Source: Diadema antillarum
Lineage: Eukaryota
Assembly (NCBI RefSeq): GCF_040938485.1
Contig: NW_027271254.1
Span: 124,001 to 188,000, forward strand
Reading direction: 5' to 3'
Length of the DNA: 64,000 nt
The position numbers and the translations under genes were made by a program. The first letter of the stretch is position 1, and each line of letters opens with the position of its first letter. Below are positions 37,903-48,875 of the stretch, in pieces. Below the pieces are notes generated by a model. The model searched no databases. It had not been told where the DNA came from and saw only the letters and a program-made list of their open reading frames with translations.

Positions 37903-39819
37903 TTAATTCAGTATTGTAGAGTCATACGATTGCAATAAAAAAAACTTCAGTCTCCTCTTGAAAGAGTATATGGATGGAGCATCTTTTAAGTCATGATTCA
38001 AAGAATTCCAATAATTTGGGCCTACATAAATAAGTGAGTTTTTAGCAAAAATCGTTCTTAAAAGAGGTAAATGAAATTCACCAGATCGCCTAGTGGGATA
38101 TTTGTGAAATGATTGATTTTTGAGGAACATAGAATCAAAAATAGATGGAAGCAAGTTATTACAATACTTGTACATAAATTGCCCTAAATTAAACAAAAAC
38201 AAATCTGTCATTTTTAAGAGCTTGTTGGAGGCAAACAACATATTTGTATGAGAACATACAGAGGAATTACAGATAACACGAAGAGCTTTCTTTTGTAAAA
38301 GAAACACTTTGTCTAATAAATTCTGATGAGTGTTGCCCCAAACTAATACTCCATAATTAAGATGAGGCAATATTAACGACGAATATAACATAAGTAATGA
38401 TTTTTGTGAAATATAAAATTTTAATCTATTTATTATACCTATATTACGTGATACTATATTACAAACATTATCAACATGTGATTTCCAGGAAAGTTTGTCA
38501 TCCACAATGACACCCAAAAATTTGGTATGTGAGACTCTTTGTAGATGAGAGTCATCTAATATTATATTCATACTTAAACTGTCAACAGTGTTACTAAAAA
38601 GCATATATTTCGTTTTTTGAGCATTGAGTGATAGCCTATTGGCCCTGACCCAATTTGTCACTTTCTTCAACTCAATGTTGATTTTATGAACAAGAAAATC
38701 AATATCATTATGGGCAAAAAATACATTTGTGTCATCTGCAAAATGAATAAAAGAGAGGCTGTCGGATACGCGACAAAAATCATTGATATAAATAATGAAC
38801 AATAACGGCCCTAAAAGACTTCCCTGTGGGACGCCGCATTTGACTTCTCTTACATCTGAATCATAGTTTTTAATTGTTACAAATTGTTTTCTATCAACTA
38901 AATAACTCCTGAACCACTCCAAGGCCTTCCCACGTATTCCATAATGCGATAACTTATAAAGTAAAATATCATGATTGATAGTGTCGAAGGCCTTGGAGAA
39001 GTCCAAGAAAATACTAACTAAATGAGAATGGTTATCAATTGCATGAACAACTCTATCAACAAAATGCAAAAGAGCATGCGTAGTACTATGTTTCTCGCGA
39101 AAACCAAACTGATAATTCGTAATAACCTCATGTGCCTTCAAAAAATTAATCATTCTCTTATAAATGAGTTTTTCTAAGACCTTGGACAATGACGATAATA
39201 ATGAAATTGGGCGATAATTGCTGATTTCAAACTTATCACCTACCTTAAATATTGGGATTACTTTAGCTAATTTCATTTTATCGGGAAACACACCGTTAAG
39301 AATTGACAAATTGAATATATGAGCAAGTGGATCAGCAACCGAGGAAATAACACCCTTAAGTACAAAATTATCTATCTCATCATAACCAGAACTACGTTTA
39401 TTTTCAAAAGAGGAAACTATATCAATAATTTCAAATCTGTTAGTTGGTATGAAAAATATGGAATCAGAGTTACGATGACCTAAAAATTCAGTAAAATGAG
39501 TCTCTGTTGCAGGAATATTATGAGCATAATTTTCGCCTATTTTTGAAAAATAAGTATTAAAAATATTTGCAATATAAAGGGGATCATTAATCAATTCATC
39601 ATTCACTTTAACTCTATCAATGTCAGAGTTTTTACTCGGAACATTCATGGCCTGTTTTAAAACTTTCCAGGTATTTTTCATATCAAACTTATATCTCGAT
39701 AATTGCTTAGAATAATATCTTTTCTTTTCAGAACGTAAAATCATTGTCAAAGTATTTTTGTATGATGTATATCTATTCTTCGATCGCTCAGTTTTTTCAA
39801 TTTTGTACTTATAATACAA
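37903..39819 (-). CDS. LINE ORF2 C-terminal part: reverse transcriptase
   Basis: Motifs NYRPISLL, QFGFR, FLDFSKAFD, GVPQGSLLGPLLF, FADD, KFLGV. The true frame begins upstream of the listed TTG start and joins the APE ORF if one A is removed. Confidence 0.95.
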   Translation of the reverse strand: MYYKYKIEKTERSKNRYTSYKNTLTMILRSEKKRYYSKQLSRYKFDMKNTWKVLKQAMNVPSKNSDIDRVKVNDELINDPLYIANIFNTYFSKIGENYAHNIPATETHFTEFLGHRNSDSIFFIPTNRFEIIDIVSSFENKRSSGYDEIDNFVLKGVISSVADPLAHIFNLSILNGVFPDKMKLAKVIPIFKVGDKFEISNYRPISLLSSLSKVLEKLIYKRMINFLKAHEVITNYQFGFREKHSTTHALLHFVDRVVHAIDNHSHLVSIFLDFSKAFDTINHDILLYKLSHYGIRGKALEWFRSYLVDRKQFVTIKNYDSDVREVKCGVPQGSLLGPLLFIIYINDFCRVSDSLSFIHFADDTNVFFAHNDIDFLVHKINIELKKVTNWVRANRLSLNAQKTKYMLFSNTVDSLSMNIILDDSHLQRVSHTKFLGVIVDDKLSWKSHVDNVCNIVSRNIGIINRLKFYISQKSLLMLYSSLILPHLNYGVLVWGNTHQNLLDKVFLLQKKALRVICNSSVCSHTNMLFASNKLLKMTDLFLFNLGQFMYKYCNNLLPSIFDSMFLKNQSFHKYPTRRSGEFHLPLLRTIFAKNSLIYVGPNYWNSLNHDLKDAPSIYSFKRRLKFFLLQSYDSTILN

Positions 39820-39832
39820 ACGATTTTTCCTA

Positions 39833-41038
39833 TTAATTGAACGAAGAATTGATCTTGAAATCCAAGGTAACCTGGGTGTTTTTTTTATACTCGGTTCTAT
39901 TTCTTTGTTTTGGAATTACATCATCTAAATGATGATTGAAAATTTCCATAAAATTATGAAAAGATATATTAACGTCATCGCTGCCAAATACTCCTGACCA
40001 GTCAGCATTCTCGAGAGCCGCATCAAAACTTGCTAACTTTTCAGGTGAAACTCTACGTCTGAACAAAAAAGATGAAACAGGTTTAGTATTAGCTGGTGTT
40101 TTAGGTGTAAAACAAGTCATTATTGGTAAATGATCGGTCATATCTGAAAGAATTATAAAAGAATCGGGGAGGGGTAAAATATTACAAAACAAGTTGTCAA
40201 TGAGGGTGGCAGAGCGATCTGTAACACGTGTGGGTTTAGAAATAAGCGGAAGAAAAGACGAGGACAGAAGTGTATGGAGAAACTCACTAGAGATATTATC
40301 ATGCTCAGACTTCAGCAAATCAATATTAAAATCGCCGAGTAAAAAGCAATCCTTATTTTTAAAAACGTGTGAATTAGCCAGATCTGAAAAATAATCTAAA
40401 AAATCATTAGAATTTGAATAAGGGGGTCTGTATATAACGCCTACCATAAGATTTCTACATCCTGGGATGAAAATTTCTATAAACAAAGATTCAACAATAT
40501 TGTCCATTCTAGAGATATCTTCATGAATAATAGTATCATAGGAACGTGCTACATACAATGCAACCCCCCCTCCATTCTTATCAGACCTATTGTTAACAAA
40601 TAAATTATAACCCTCGATTGCGAAATAATTTTCTGCATTGGAAGCTAACCATGTCTCACTTAATCCGATAACGGATAGCGACTGGCTTGCATCAGATTCT
40701 AATAAAAATTTTAAATCATCAAAATGTTTATTCAAACTCCTTATATTTAGATGCAAAAAAGAAAATGTATCCTCAGAAAAATTCTGAATTATATTTTTGT
40801 ATTGATTCACTGTAATATAATTGCACAACTTATTTTGGGTGATATGATCATTACTAAAATCAAAAGGCAATTCATTTGCAGCAGTGTTCAGGCTATCGGT
40901 AACAAAATTATCGTAAGGGGTGGTTCGTATACTGGTTGACCCACTCACTGGGTCAGAGTCTAAGCCTGTGTCCCTAAACAATTCAAAAAAATCATCGTTC
41001 GATAAGGAATAAAATGGAGCATTCAAAAAATTAGCCAT
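39833..41038 (-). CDS. LINE ORF2 N-terminal part: apurinic/apyrimidinic-type endonuclease
   Basis: Motifs LHLNIRSL, IGLSETWL, GGGVALYV, GVIYRPP, LLGDFNIDL, TLIDNLF, SDHLPI. The frame is lost at an A8 run near 39879-39886. Confidence 0.93.
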   Translation of the reverse strand: MANFLNAPFYSLSNDDFFELFRDTGLDSDPVSGSTSIRTTPYDNFVTDSLNTAANELPFDFSNDHITQNKLCNYITVNQYKNIIQNFSEDTFSFLHLNIRSLNKHFDDLKFLLESDASQSLSVIGLSETWLASNAENYFAIEGYNLFVNNRSDKNGGGVALYVARSYDTIIHEDISRMDNIVESLFIEIFIPGCRNLMVGVIYRPPYSNSNDFLDYFSDLANSHVFKNKDCFLLGDFNIDLLKSEHDNISSEFLHTLLSSSFLPLISKPTRVTDRSATLIDNLFCNILPLPDSFIILSDMTDHLPIMTCFTPKTPANTKPVSSFLFRRRVSPEKLASFDAALENADWSGVFGSDDVNISFHNFMEIFNHHLDDVIPKQRNRTEYKKNTQVTLDFKINSSFN

Positions 41039-42238
41039 AATTACGAATACAAGACGAATCTTTTAAAGTCTGCGTCATCAACGAGACTAGGATGTAATGA
41101 ACGAGTGGACAATACAAAAAAATACCCAGTCGCCGTAATGTGGCAAGACACTGGAGTAAGTTACGAACATGGGTGACGTCAAAATCATGATAAGCAGAAG
41201 ATCGCTGAGGAGACGTAGAACGTGAAACGAGAAGGGGAAGAATGAGGTAAGTAAGAGCAGTGAGAAGAATCGACAGAAAAGGACATAGAACACACACAAC
41301 ACAATAACAAGAATAAATCCAGTGTCTCAGTGGGCTTCCGAGAAGACATACATGCATTGGAAAGGATAAAGAGGATTGTGAGAGCCAAGCCGATATGCCG
41401 ATATGCTAGAGCGAAGACGGTGGGATAACAAAGCCATGTTGTAGTGTGTTTGGGGGAGGGCTCCCGCCAGATACGGAAAATACGATGGGGAAACATTAGA
41501 TGAAATAAAATTGTAATGAATAATAATCCTTCAATGATAACACGACAATTTAACTGCATAAGAGAATATGTAAGGAGGTTTAAATACATCTTTCTTGAGT
41601 TTCGGATATAACATTTCGGAACGATTAATGAAAGAAAGAAAAAAAAATAAAAAAAAAATAATTACATTCATATTTAACATCCAAAAAACAAATGAGTTCA
41701 AGATTTAGGATTAAAGTATTGTACATGGTAATCAAGAATTGTACAATATAACAATGTAATCAATGAGGCGAAAACGTTTTATAATAATGGCCATCAGACA
41801 GAAAGGTAACAGAGATATGTACTGGACGGTATGCTGAGGATGCAAAGAGTATGCAGTATACCATGTGTGCAGGAAATCAGAGGGAACGCCAGTGTAAGCG
41901 AGAGAGGGCGGCATAGAGCCGGAAGCTAGCGTCCCTATCGTGTGACATCAACATTGTTGAGACTAAGTGTAAGCCAACATATAAGTGAAAGGGGAGAAGA
42001 ACTATACAGTGCACATAAAATGCATTTTGAAATAGACAACATGTATACTATGAACATGGGAAGTAATATCCGCACAAGAAAGGGGAAAAAATACAGGTAT
42101 CAAACAGGATAGTGCAAAATTGTACCTCATGACTTCAGGTTATAGGAACAAAATGAGAATAAGGCTGTAGACAAAGGAAATGATAATTCCCGAGGGACCC
42201 CCGGAAACCTCACACTGTCCCAGCGAGACACCCGAAAT

Positions 42239-42252
42239 CTGCCACCTGGTGG
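42239..42252 (-). promoter_or_regulatory. Candidate CTCF site CCACCAGGTGGCAG
   Basis: 14/14 match to the core consensus CCASYAGRKGGCRS; motif match only. Confidence 0.4.
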
Positions 42253-42889
42253 CTATGAGTATAATGAACAGTATGAATAAAGGCTTTTGAATATACAAGT
42301 GGGACAATTTATTGTGCACTTGTCTGCAAGACGGATCTGTGGTAGCAGGAAGAGAGAGAAGAAGAAAAGAAGAGGAGGAGAAGGATAAAAAAGGAAAAGA
42401 AAACTAACAAAGTACCACGGTTAGACCATACACAATAGACATTCGCGTGATATTTAGTACAAGGCACGTCACCTGTGTGTTGAATACATAAAACATCTGG
42501 AGTAGTTTTAAGGTCCAGAGCGTATTATAATGTTTCAAAAACATTTCAAAACTTCCATTACTACAAAATAATGTACATTTATAGTGCTCAATATTTACGG
42601 AACACATTAAAACCTTGTGCATTGCACTGTATGACAAACAGTATGCAACTTCTAAGGTATAGCCAAGGAATCGCGGTGGCAGGATAGAACGGGAAGGACA
42701 GATAGGGTATTGGTAATAAAACCTTTCTGTATGTTTACAGACTCTTTTGGTACTCTACAAACCGGAGCAAACCAGTGTGGGATAATTATGTACTTTACAT
42801 AAATTACTTTAGTTCAAGGGATCCAGGGAATGTTTTCACGATAAATGAACAGAAGGGATTGACACATAATAACAAATACAGGCGTCATG

Positions 42890-43070
42890 GCAAAGGGTGA
42901 TGGCATAAGATGAAAGTGTGTTTTTTCACTTCACTTGTAAATACAAAAAAGAAGGGTAATGACATAAGATAAAAGCGTACTTTCAACTCATTTGTAAATG
43001 CAAGGAGGAGAGGGTAATGACACGAGATAAAAGCGCATTAGCACTTCACTTATAAGTGCGAGAATTTGCT
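42890..43070. repeat. Three degenerate ~58-62-bp tandem units
   Basis: AGGGT(G/A)ATG(G/A)CA..AGAT.AAAG...CACTT.TAA.T repeated three times. Confidence 0.7.
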
Positions 43071-45127
43071 ATACATTGTTAGAAAATTCCTTAGAGACCA
43101 AATATCACAGGGTGCATGCGGAACAATGCTGCAGTTTTACAAAGAATGGGGTTACGCTTAGTGCGTAAACCTGTCACATTTGGCCTCATTATCGGAAAGG
43201 GGCTAATGAATCCCAAATCACACGGGAGGGGGGGGGGGGGGGGGCTGGATATTCATGATGGGCGTGTCTCAACTCCAATGTTAAGACACACGATAGCCAT
43301 GAATTAAGTTGGATGTACCATAGAGTGCATCCACTGCAAGGAGTGCATTTTTTAGAACAAAAGAATGGGGTTATGTAAACTGCAAACCTCTAACATCTGG
43401 GCTCATCCTCTGAAGGGGTATGGAGTTACTTTAGTTGAAAACACAATTCTAAGAAATTCCAAATCTCTCATCTAGAGATAAGAGGAAGTTAGGATGTGTG
43501 CGTCTCAACAATACCATGAGCCATCAAATTTACAACAGCCTTTCAATCCATTCATTTGACTGGGAAAGCCATCATTATTTTTGTCTCAATTTTGGCGGGA
43601 AAAGCAATGCAAGCTGTTAAATTGCATCAAGAGGACACCCGTGGTCGAAAGGGAGACGGTATGCCACACACACACATATACACAAACAATTATTGGGTGC
43701 ATTTTCAAGAAAAGTAACAGTCACGGATGAATTTACAAGGTGGCAGCTAACAGTGGCTATGGTGTCACAGGCAACGTGGACGTTGCTAGAAACTCCATAA
43801 TGATTCTTACATTACACTAATTTCTATCATATTAATGGGGATTATACTGAGGAGTGCATCTCCAGTCTATTCTATCATCACACAATAGGCAAGCCAAAGA
43901 GTGTCGCTGTACCTTAGCACACACATACGCACAAAAAAAAAAAAAAAAAAATCTCGGGCTTTGACCTTTTAAAGGATTGAAATAATCATTCATCCAGCAG
44001 GCGGTAACAACCTGGTCGCAAATCACCTCCTCTTTCGGGGGGGGGGGGGGGGGGGGGGGTAGACCGCCACACATACAATAGGGATTTTATATATTAAAAA
44101 AAAAAATGACACATTGCCGAGAAAAAAGTCAGTATTCAATTCCAATGAATTCATCAAAATATCATTTCGACCTCCCTTAGTCTGTAACATAACGGGAAAA
44201 GGTAACATGGATGAGTGCGATGATTTATCAGATTGACAAGATACAGAGGGTGAACCCGAGAGAGTCGCCGAATTCTTGAACAAATGAGAATATATATGCG
44301 AATTACCTTTCAAAGAATTATAACATACATTTTGTCTCACGGACATTAGTGCCCTGTATATCCAAAAAAAAAAAATATTATTTTTTTTTAAAGGGTGTAA
44401 TAACTTTCATATTATGCATCCTATTGACTACTCTATAAAAATTCGGGGAGAAATTATCATTTATTTGTACTACGCAAAACCACTTTTTCGCCATAAAAAA
44501 AAACTAACCAATTATAAACCAAATAAAATACTCAAACTTTTAAAGTTGAAACGTTCGTTCATCATGTAAGAAGCGTCACACCGGGCTTGTCAGAAACGTT
44601 TCTCTTTTCTCTTGTAAACTAAATACCAGTGTTTTAAATTGAGTTAATGTACCACTGAATTCATTCCGAGACATTGAGAACAAAAACAACACAAAATAAA
44701 GAAAAAACTGATCGGCAACTATAAGAGTTCCATATAAAATGCACACGGAATTTAAGCAATATTCTTGATTGCATTGGCAGTAACATATGTCGCTCTTTCT
44801 TTATGGTGAAGAAAAAAAAAATCATGCCGATGTATGAATAAAAAAGAGATACTGGCGAAGAGTCTTGTGCCTCATACATCCTGAATTGAGATTTTTTTTT
44901 CTGTCACCTACTAACTCAGGCTGTTTTTTGCCTGGCATTAGAAACAGCAATATTACATTTATGGATAATCTTATGTGAGCCATAAATAAGCTGATATTCT
45001 TGGGTAACATAAAGATTCACAATTTTTCTTTGTTTGGTTGCAGTGTACGAAAAAGAAGACACGTTTTCAGACATCAAATTTCTTAAAATATAATTTCACT
45101 GTAGAATACATTTTAAATGAAATGAGC

Positions 45128-46528
45128 TTACTCTTTCCAGTCACTCCAATTTTGCTGCGGCACTCCATTCGATTTTGCTTTACGCGTTTGAAGGTACACC
45201 CTGGTTCCATTCTGCCGGATTCTGGTTGAGAGATTCTTCTCTTGTCGAAGTTTATAGGCGATAGTTGCTAATCGTGCCCGCTCCCATTTCATATTGGCAG
45301 GTAGATCTGTGCGTATTGACACCCTGGCGAAGTTGAATCCGTGAGATACGCTGTCAGCATAGCTCCGGGCGGGGCTGGTGGATCCCAGTTGGGTAGGACT
45401 GTCGACTCTCTCCGTGCTTTCGGGTTGCTGGCCGTCTGGAGTGGATTGGGTCGATTGGTTACTCGAGGGGCGTATTGGGTCCGGTCGACCTCCGGAAGGG
45501 GCGGCGGGGGCTGGTCGAGTTCGGGGATGCTCGTACGCCTGTAGCAGACGATTTCTGTCGGCCATTCGGCCAAATCTGACAATTATAGGCTGGGGCCCTG
45601 TGGGTTGAGCGTCTCTTCTGGCGGAGGGCAGTCGGTGGGCATTGATGACTGGAATTGCCCGGGCTTCCTCTGAATTAGTGCCGAGGTAGTGACAGAAGAC
45701 ATGAGCAATCGTATCATAGATATTTTCATTCCTATCCTCCGGAATCCCGTAGATAAGGAGATTCTGCTTTCTCTGGTGCAGCTCCAGCGATATCAGTTTT
45801 TCATTAAGATCGTCTATTTTGTTTTCCATTGACTCATTTATGTTAGGTATGGTTTCCTTCTCTAACGACTGTATTTTTTCAGCGTTGAAGTTCACGGTTG
45901 CCTCAATTTCGGACACATACCTTTTCGTTTCTGCCAGGTCATGTTTCACAGTATTTATCTCCAGCAGTACCGAGTCCATTTTCGTTGTCAACTTGTTGGA
46001 TAGTTCAGTTATCATGCCTTTCAACTCGTTCATTATGGTGGAAACGCCAGAGTCGGGGTTGGTTGGTGGGCAGGATGTCTGTTCACGAGAGTCCCCGGAA
46101 TCTCCAGCACCTGTAGTTGGCAGGACATTCACAGGGCCTGGGGTTGGAGTTGGCTTCGGCGTTGCTGGGATACCGATGGCTTGTGGGGGCTCCTGTTGGG
46201 GCGCCGGTTGAGGCGCAGGTTGCAATGAGCGCGTCCTCGTGCCCGCTGTGGTAGGTCCCCTTGCATTGCTGTTCCCTGGCATTTTCGACGTGACTTTGGC
46301 GGATTTGTCAGATTTTTGCGTTGAAATATGAGTTCGTAGATTATATGTTTTTTGAATATCTGACATGACTTGTAGAATTAAATGGTATTCCGCGTGGTAT
46401 TGCACCTTTGACGACAAGTAGAGGTTGTACTTCGATATGTGTAAATGACGGAGGAAGTATGCGGCGGGAGCCCACCCAGAAACACGTCTGAACTCTACGA
46501 CTTGCGCATGTCTGGTCTTTTGTAACAT
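45128..46528 (-). CDS. Non-LTR retrotransposon ORF1 (coiled coil + RRM + CTD, L1-type architecture). The real start may be an internal Met (MSDIQ or MPGNS, the latter at 46282).
   Basis: Heptad-rich segment, then LELHQRKQNLLIYGIPE, AHRLP, PQPIIVRF and IRTDLP...ERARL motifs typical of L1-like ORF1p. No internal stops. Confidence 0.85.
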   Translation of the reverse strand: MLQKTRHAQVVEFRRVSGWAPAAYFLRHLHISKYNLYLSSKVQYHAEYHLILQVMSDIQKTYNLRTHISTQKSDKSAKVTSKMPGNSNARGPTTAGTRTRSLQPAPQPAPQQEPPQAIGIPATPKPTPTPGPVNVLPTTGAGDSGDSREQTSCPPTNPDSGVSTIMNELKGMITELSNKLTTKMDSVLLEINTVKHDLAETKRYVSEIEATVNFNAEKIQSLEKETIPNINESMENKIDDLNEKLISLELHQRKQNLLIYGIPEDRNENIYDTIAHVFCHYLGTNSEEARAIPVINAHRLPSARRDAQPTGPQPIIVRFGRMADRNRLLQAYEHPRTRPAPAAPSGGRPDPIRPSSNQSTQSTPDGQQPESTERVDSPTQLGSTSPARSYADSVSHGFNFARVSIRTDLPANMKWERARLATIAYKLRQEKNLSTRIRQNGTRVYLQTRKAKSNGVPQQNWSDWKE

Positions 46529-46539
46529 TTTGGGGTATA

Positions 46540-48132
46540 TTATATTAGATAACGGTCATTTGAGATCTCAGTCACATTTTCAAAGCTTGGGTCTTGGTTT
46601 TAAGGTAGAAGAATTGCTTAAACTGAATGATATATTTAATGCTATACCTCAGAAATGGAAGGACTCTATGAGAGCAGGTACACTTCAGCAAGTTGATTTC
46701 ACAAACTTTGACTTAAAATTGATTTTTTTTTTTTTTTTGGTCAGAGAGTAAATTTGCAAGTTTTAAAATCGAGAAAAATATATGAGGCTATGGTGGAAGA
46801 TTTACAGTCATCTTATGTTTTACAAATTAAAGATGACCACAGTAGCTATGATTATACAAACAAAGAAATAAAAGATCTTTTTATTAAACCGAGTAAGTGT
46901 ACATTGATAAGAAAATATAGAGAATTTCAATTTATTATGTTACATGGCGTAGTTTACACTAAGGAGCGTTTAATGAAGTTTGGTTTTGTAACAGACAGCC
47001 TTTGTTCCTTCTGCCAACATGAGCCTGAAACTTATCTGCACTTATTTTTACACTGTGTTAAAGTGAAACCGTTATGGGAATTCATAATTAATTATTTTGA
47101 TATAAATGAGTTAAGGAATATGGATTGGAGAGATATATTTGGGGGAATCTCGGATTATTCAAATAGATCAAAATGTGTAAATACTTTGATTATCTTAATA
47201 AAATACATTATTTTTAAATCTAGAACGGGAAATAAGTTACCCACTGGAGAAAAGATGCAAAAGATTATTGTTGAATTAATAAATGAGGAAAAAATCCTTG
47301 CGACCAAGGCTGGGAAGCTACATGTACATTTACAAAAATGGGAATATTTTGAGACTTCGTTGAATAAACCAGTCTGAAGCTACGTGCAACGTTTGTGACT
47401 TTTATGAAAATAGTAATGTTTCCATAGTATTCCACTCTTTCTTTTCTTCATTTTTTTCCTTTCCTTCATTCCTCCTCTTCTTCTTCTTCTTCTTCTTCTT
47501 TTTTTCTCTTGTGTTGTTTTGTATTTTCTCCCCCTCCTTTCCCATGCGTTCCTGTCAGCCTGTTGGCGGGCTGATTATATAACTATATTTACTATATTGT
47601 GATGTGCAGGCAAGAGCAGTTAACCAAATTAGGTGCATGTGTATATGTGTGTGTGTGTGTATGGGTGTGTTTGTGTGTGTTTGTGTGTTGCATGTGTACA
47701 GATAAGGGTGGGGGAGGAAACAGGAAGGGAGGGAACTGGTGGGGGTGGTCATAGGGACTCAGGAAGGGATATGAGTTAGTAGGTGGGCGGGTATTGGTTG
47801 ATTAATAATATGGTTCCATTATTTATCACTGTATAATTTTGCTGCATAATTCATTTGGATGATTATTAAGATTAATGCTAGAAGAATTGAATTATCACTG
47901 TTAAATTTAAGCAATTCTTTTTGAGAGCATAGGGGAAGTGACTGTATGTAAATTGATAATTGTTCATGAAAATGTAATTTTTGTTATGTCATTATGTACA
48001 GCAATAGCAAATTTGCTATTATGATCACAAATGTATATTTTCGTCATTTCAATTGTAGCAAATGAAAATTGTTATTTTTTTCTATTACTTTGAATGGAAC
48101 AGAATAAACATCGTTGAAAAACAAAAAAAAAA
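46540..48132 (+). mobile_element. 5'-truncated L1/Tx1-clade element: ORF2 C-terminus with CCHC-type zinc knuckle, ~750-nt 3' UTR, AATAAA and poly(A)
   Basis: ILDNGHL, AIPQKWK, LIRKYREFQF.MLH, CSFCQHEPETYLHLFLHC, KW motifs. One frameshift at a T16 run (~46723-46738). AATAAA at ~48103 and A-rich tail to 48132. Confidence 0.85.
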
Positions 48133-48174
48133 GTGTATGTGTGTGTGTGTGTTTGTGTGTGTGTGGTTTTTTAA

Positions 48175-48749
48175 AGAGGAAATCTACTCAAAAAAATAAA
48201 TAGCTTAAAAAAAGAGATAAATATTCCCTACAGAACGATACAAAAATGAAAAAAATCGGGTAAGAAATAAGAAAGATATATTTTGAAATTTCACAATTTT
48301 TCGGAAAACATTTAAATTATTTTGTACATAGTAAGTTCACGATGAAATGCTCTCACAATTTTTATTCATTTCATATACAGAAATGATAAAAATCAACTGG
48401 ATAGATATAAAACTTCCCTTAAAACTGCGTGCCCATGATAAAAAGAACGAATGTTAAGTCCGATATATCTTGGTATGTGAACATACTTTAATATGATCAG
48501 CTAAAAATTACAATTTTTTCGAATTTCATATGTAAAAAACATGAAAAATTGTGAGGGTATTACATCATCAACTCACTCATTTGAATATCAGTAGGTATGG
48601 TCAAGAAATATTTTCCGAAAGAATGTGAAATTTCAAAATGTCATATCATCCCTATTTCTTGTCCCATTTTTGTCATTTTTGTATCTTTCTATAGGGAATA
48701 TTTTCTCTTTTTTTGTGAAGTTTGTTTATTTTTGGGGTGGATTTCCTCT
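48175..48749. mobile_element. Kolobok-like MITE family B
   Basis: TTAA-AGAGGAAATCTACTCAAAAAAATAAA ... TTTATTTTTGGGGTGGATTTCCTCT-TTGA. Confidence 0.75.
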
Positions 48750-48875
48750 TTGAGAGCCAAAAGTATGTGTGTGGGCCTATGTGTGTGTGTTTGTGTGTGT
48801 TTGTGTGTGTACGGGTGTGGATGGGGATGGGTGAGGGGGTTGGGTGGTTCCGCGGTCCCTGTGAACGGTAGATAC

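Larger units (their letters stand above)
37111..41038 (-). mobile_element. CR1-group (Crack/L2-like) non-LTR retrotransposon: ORF2, 3' UTR and tandem tail. The 5' limit is uncertain (extends at least into 41039-42800).
   Basis: APE and RT ORFs, ~780-nt 3' UTR with an 11-bp stem-loop (37326-37370), and AATAAAC followed by a (TTTGAACTGAA)x2 tail ending at ~37111. Clade assigned by motif resemblance only. Confidence 0.9.

Noticed and set aside
41031-41589. Overlapping 71-134-aa hydrophobic ORFs upstream of LINE ORF2 as an ORF1
   Set aside because: T-rich low-complexity translations without RRM, PHD or esterase motifs; more likely UTR or spacer.
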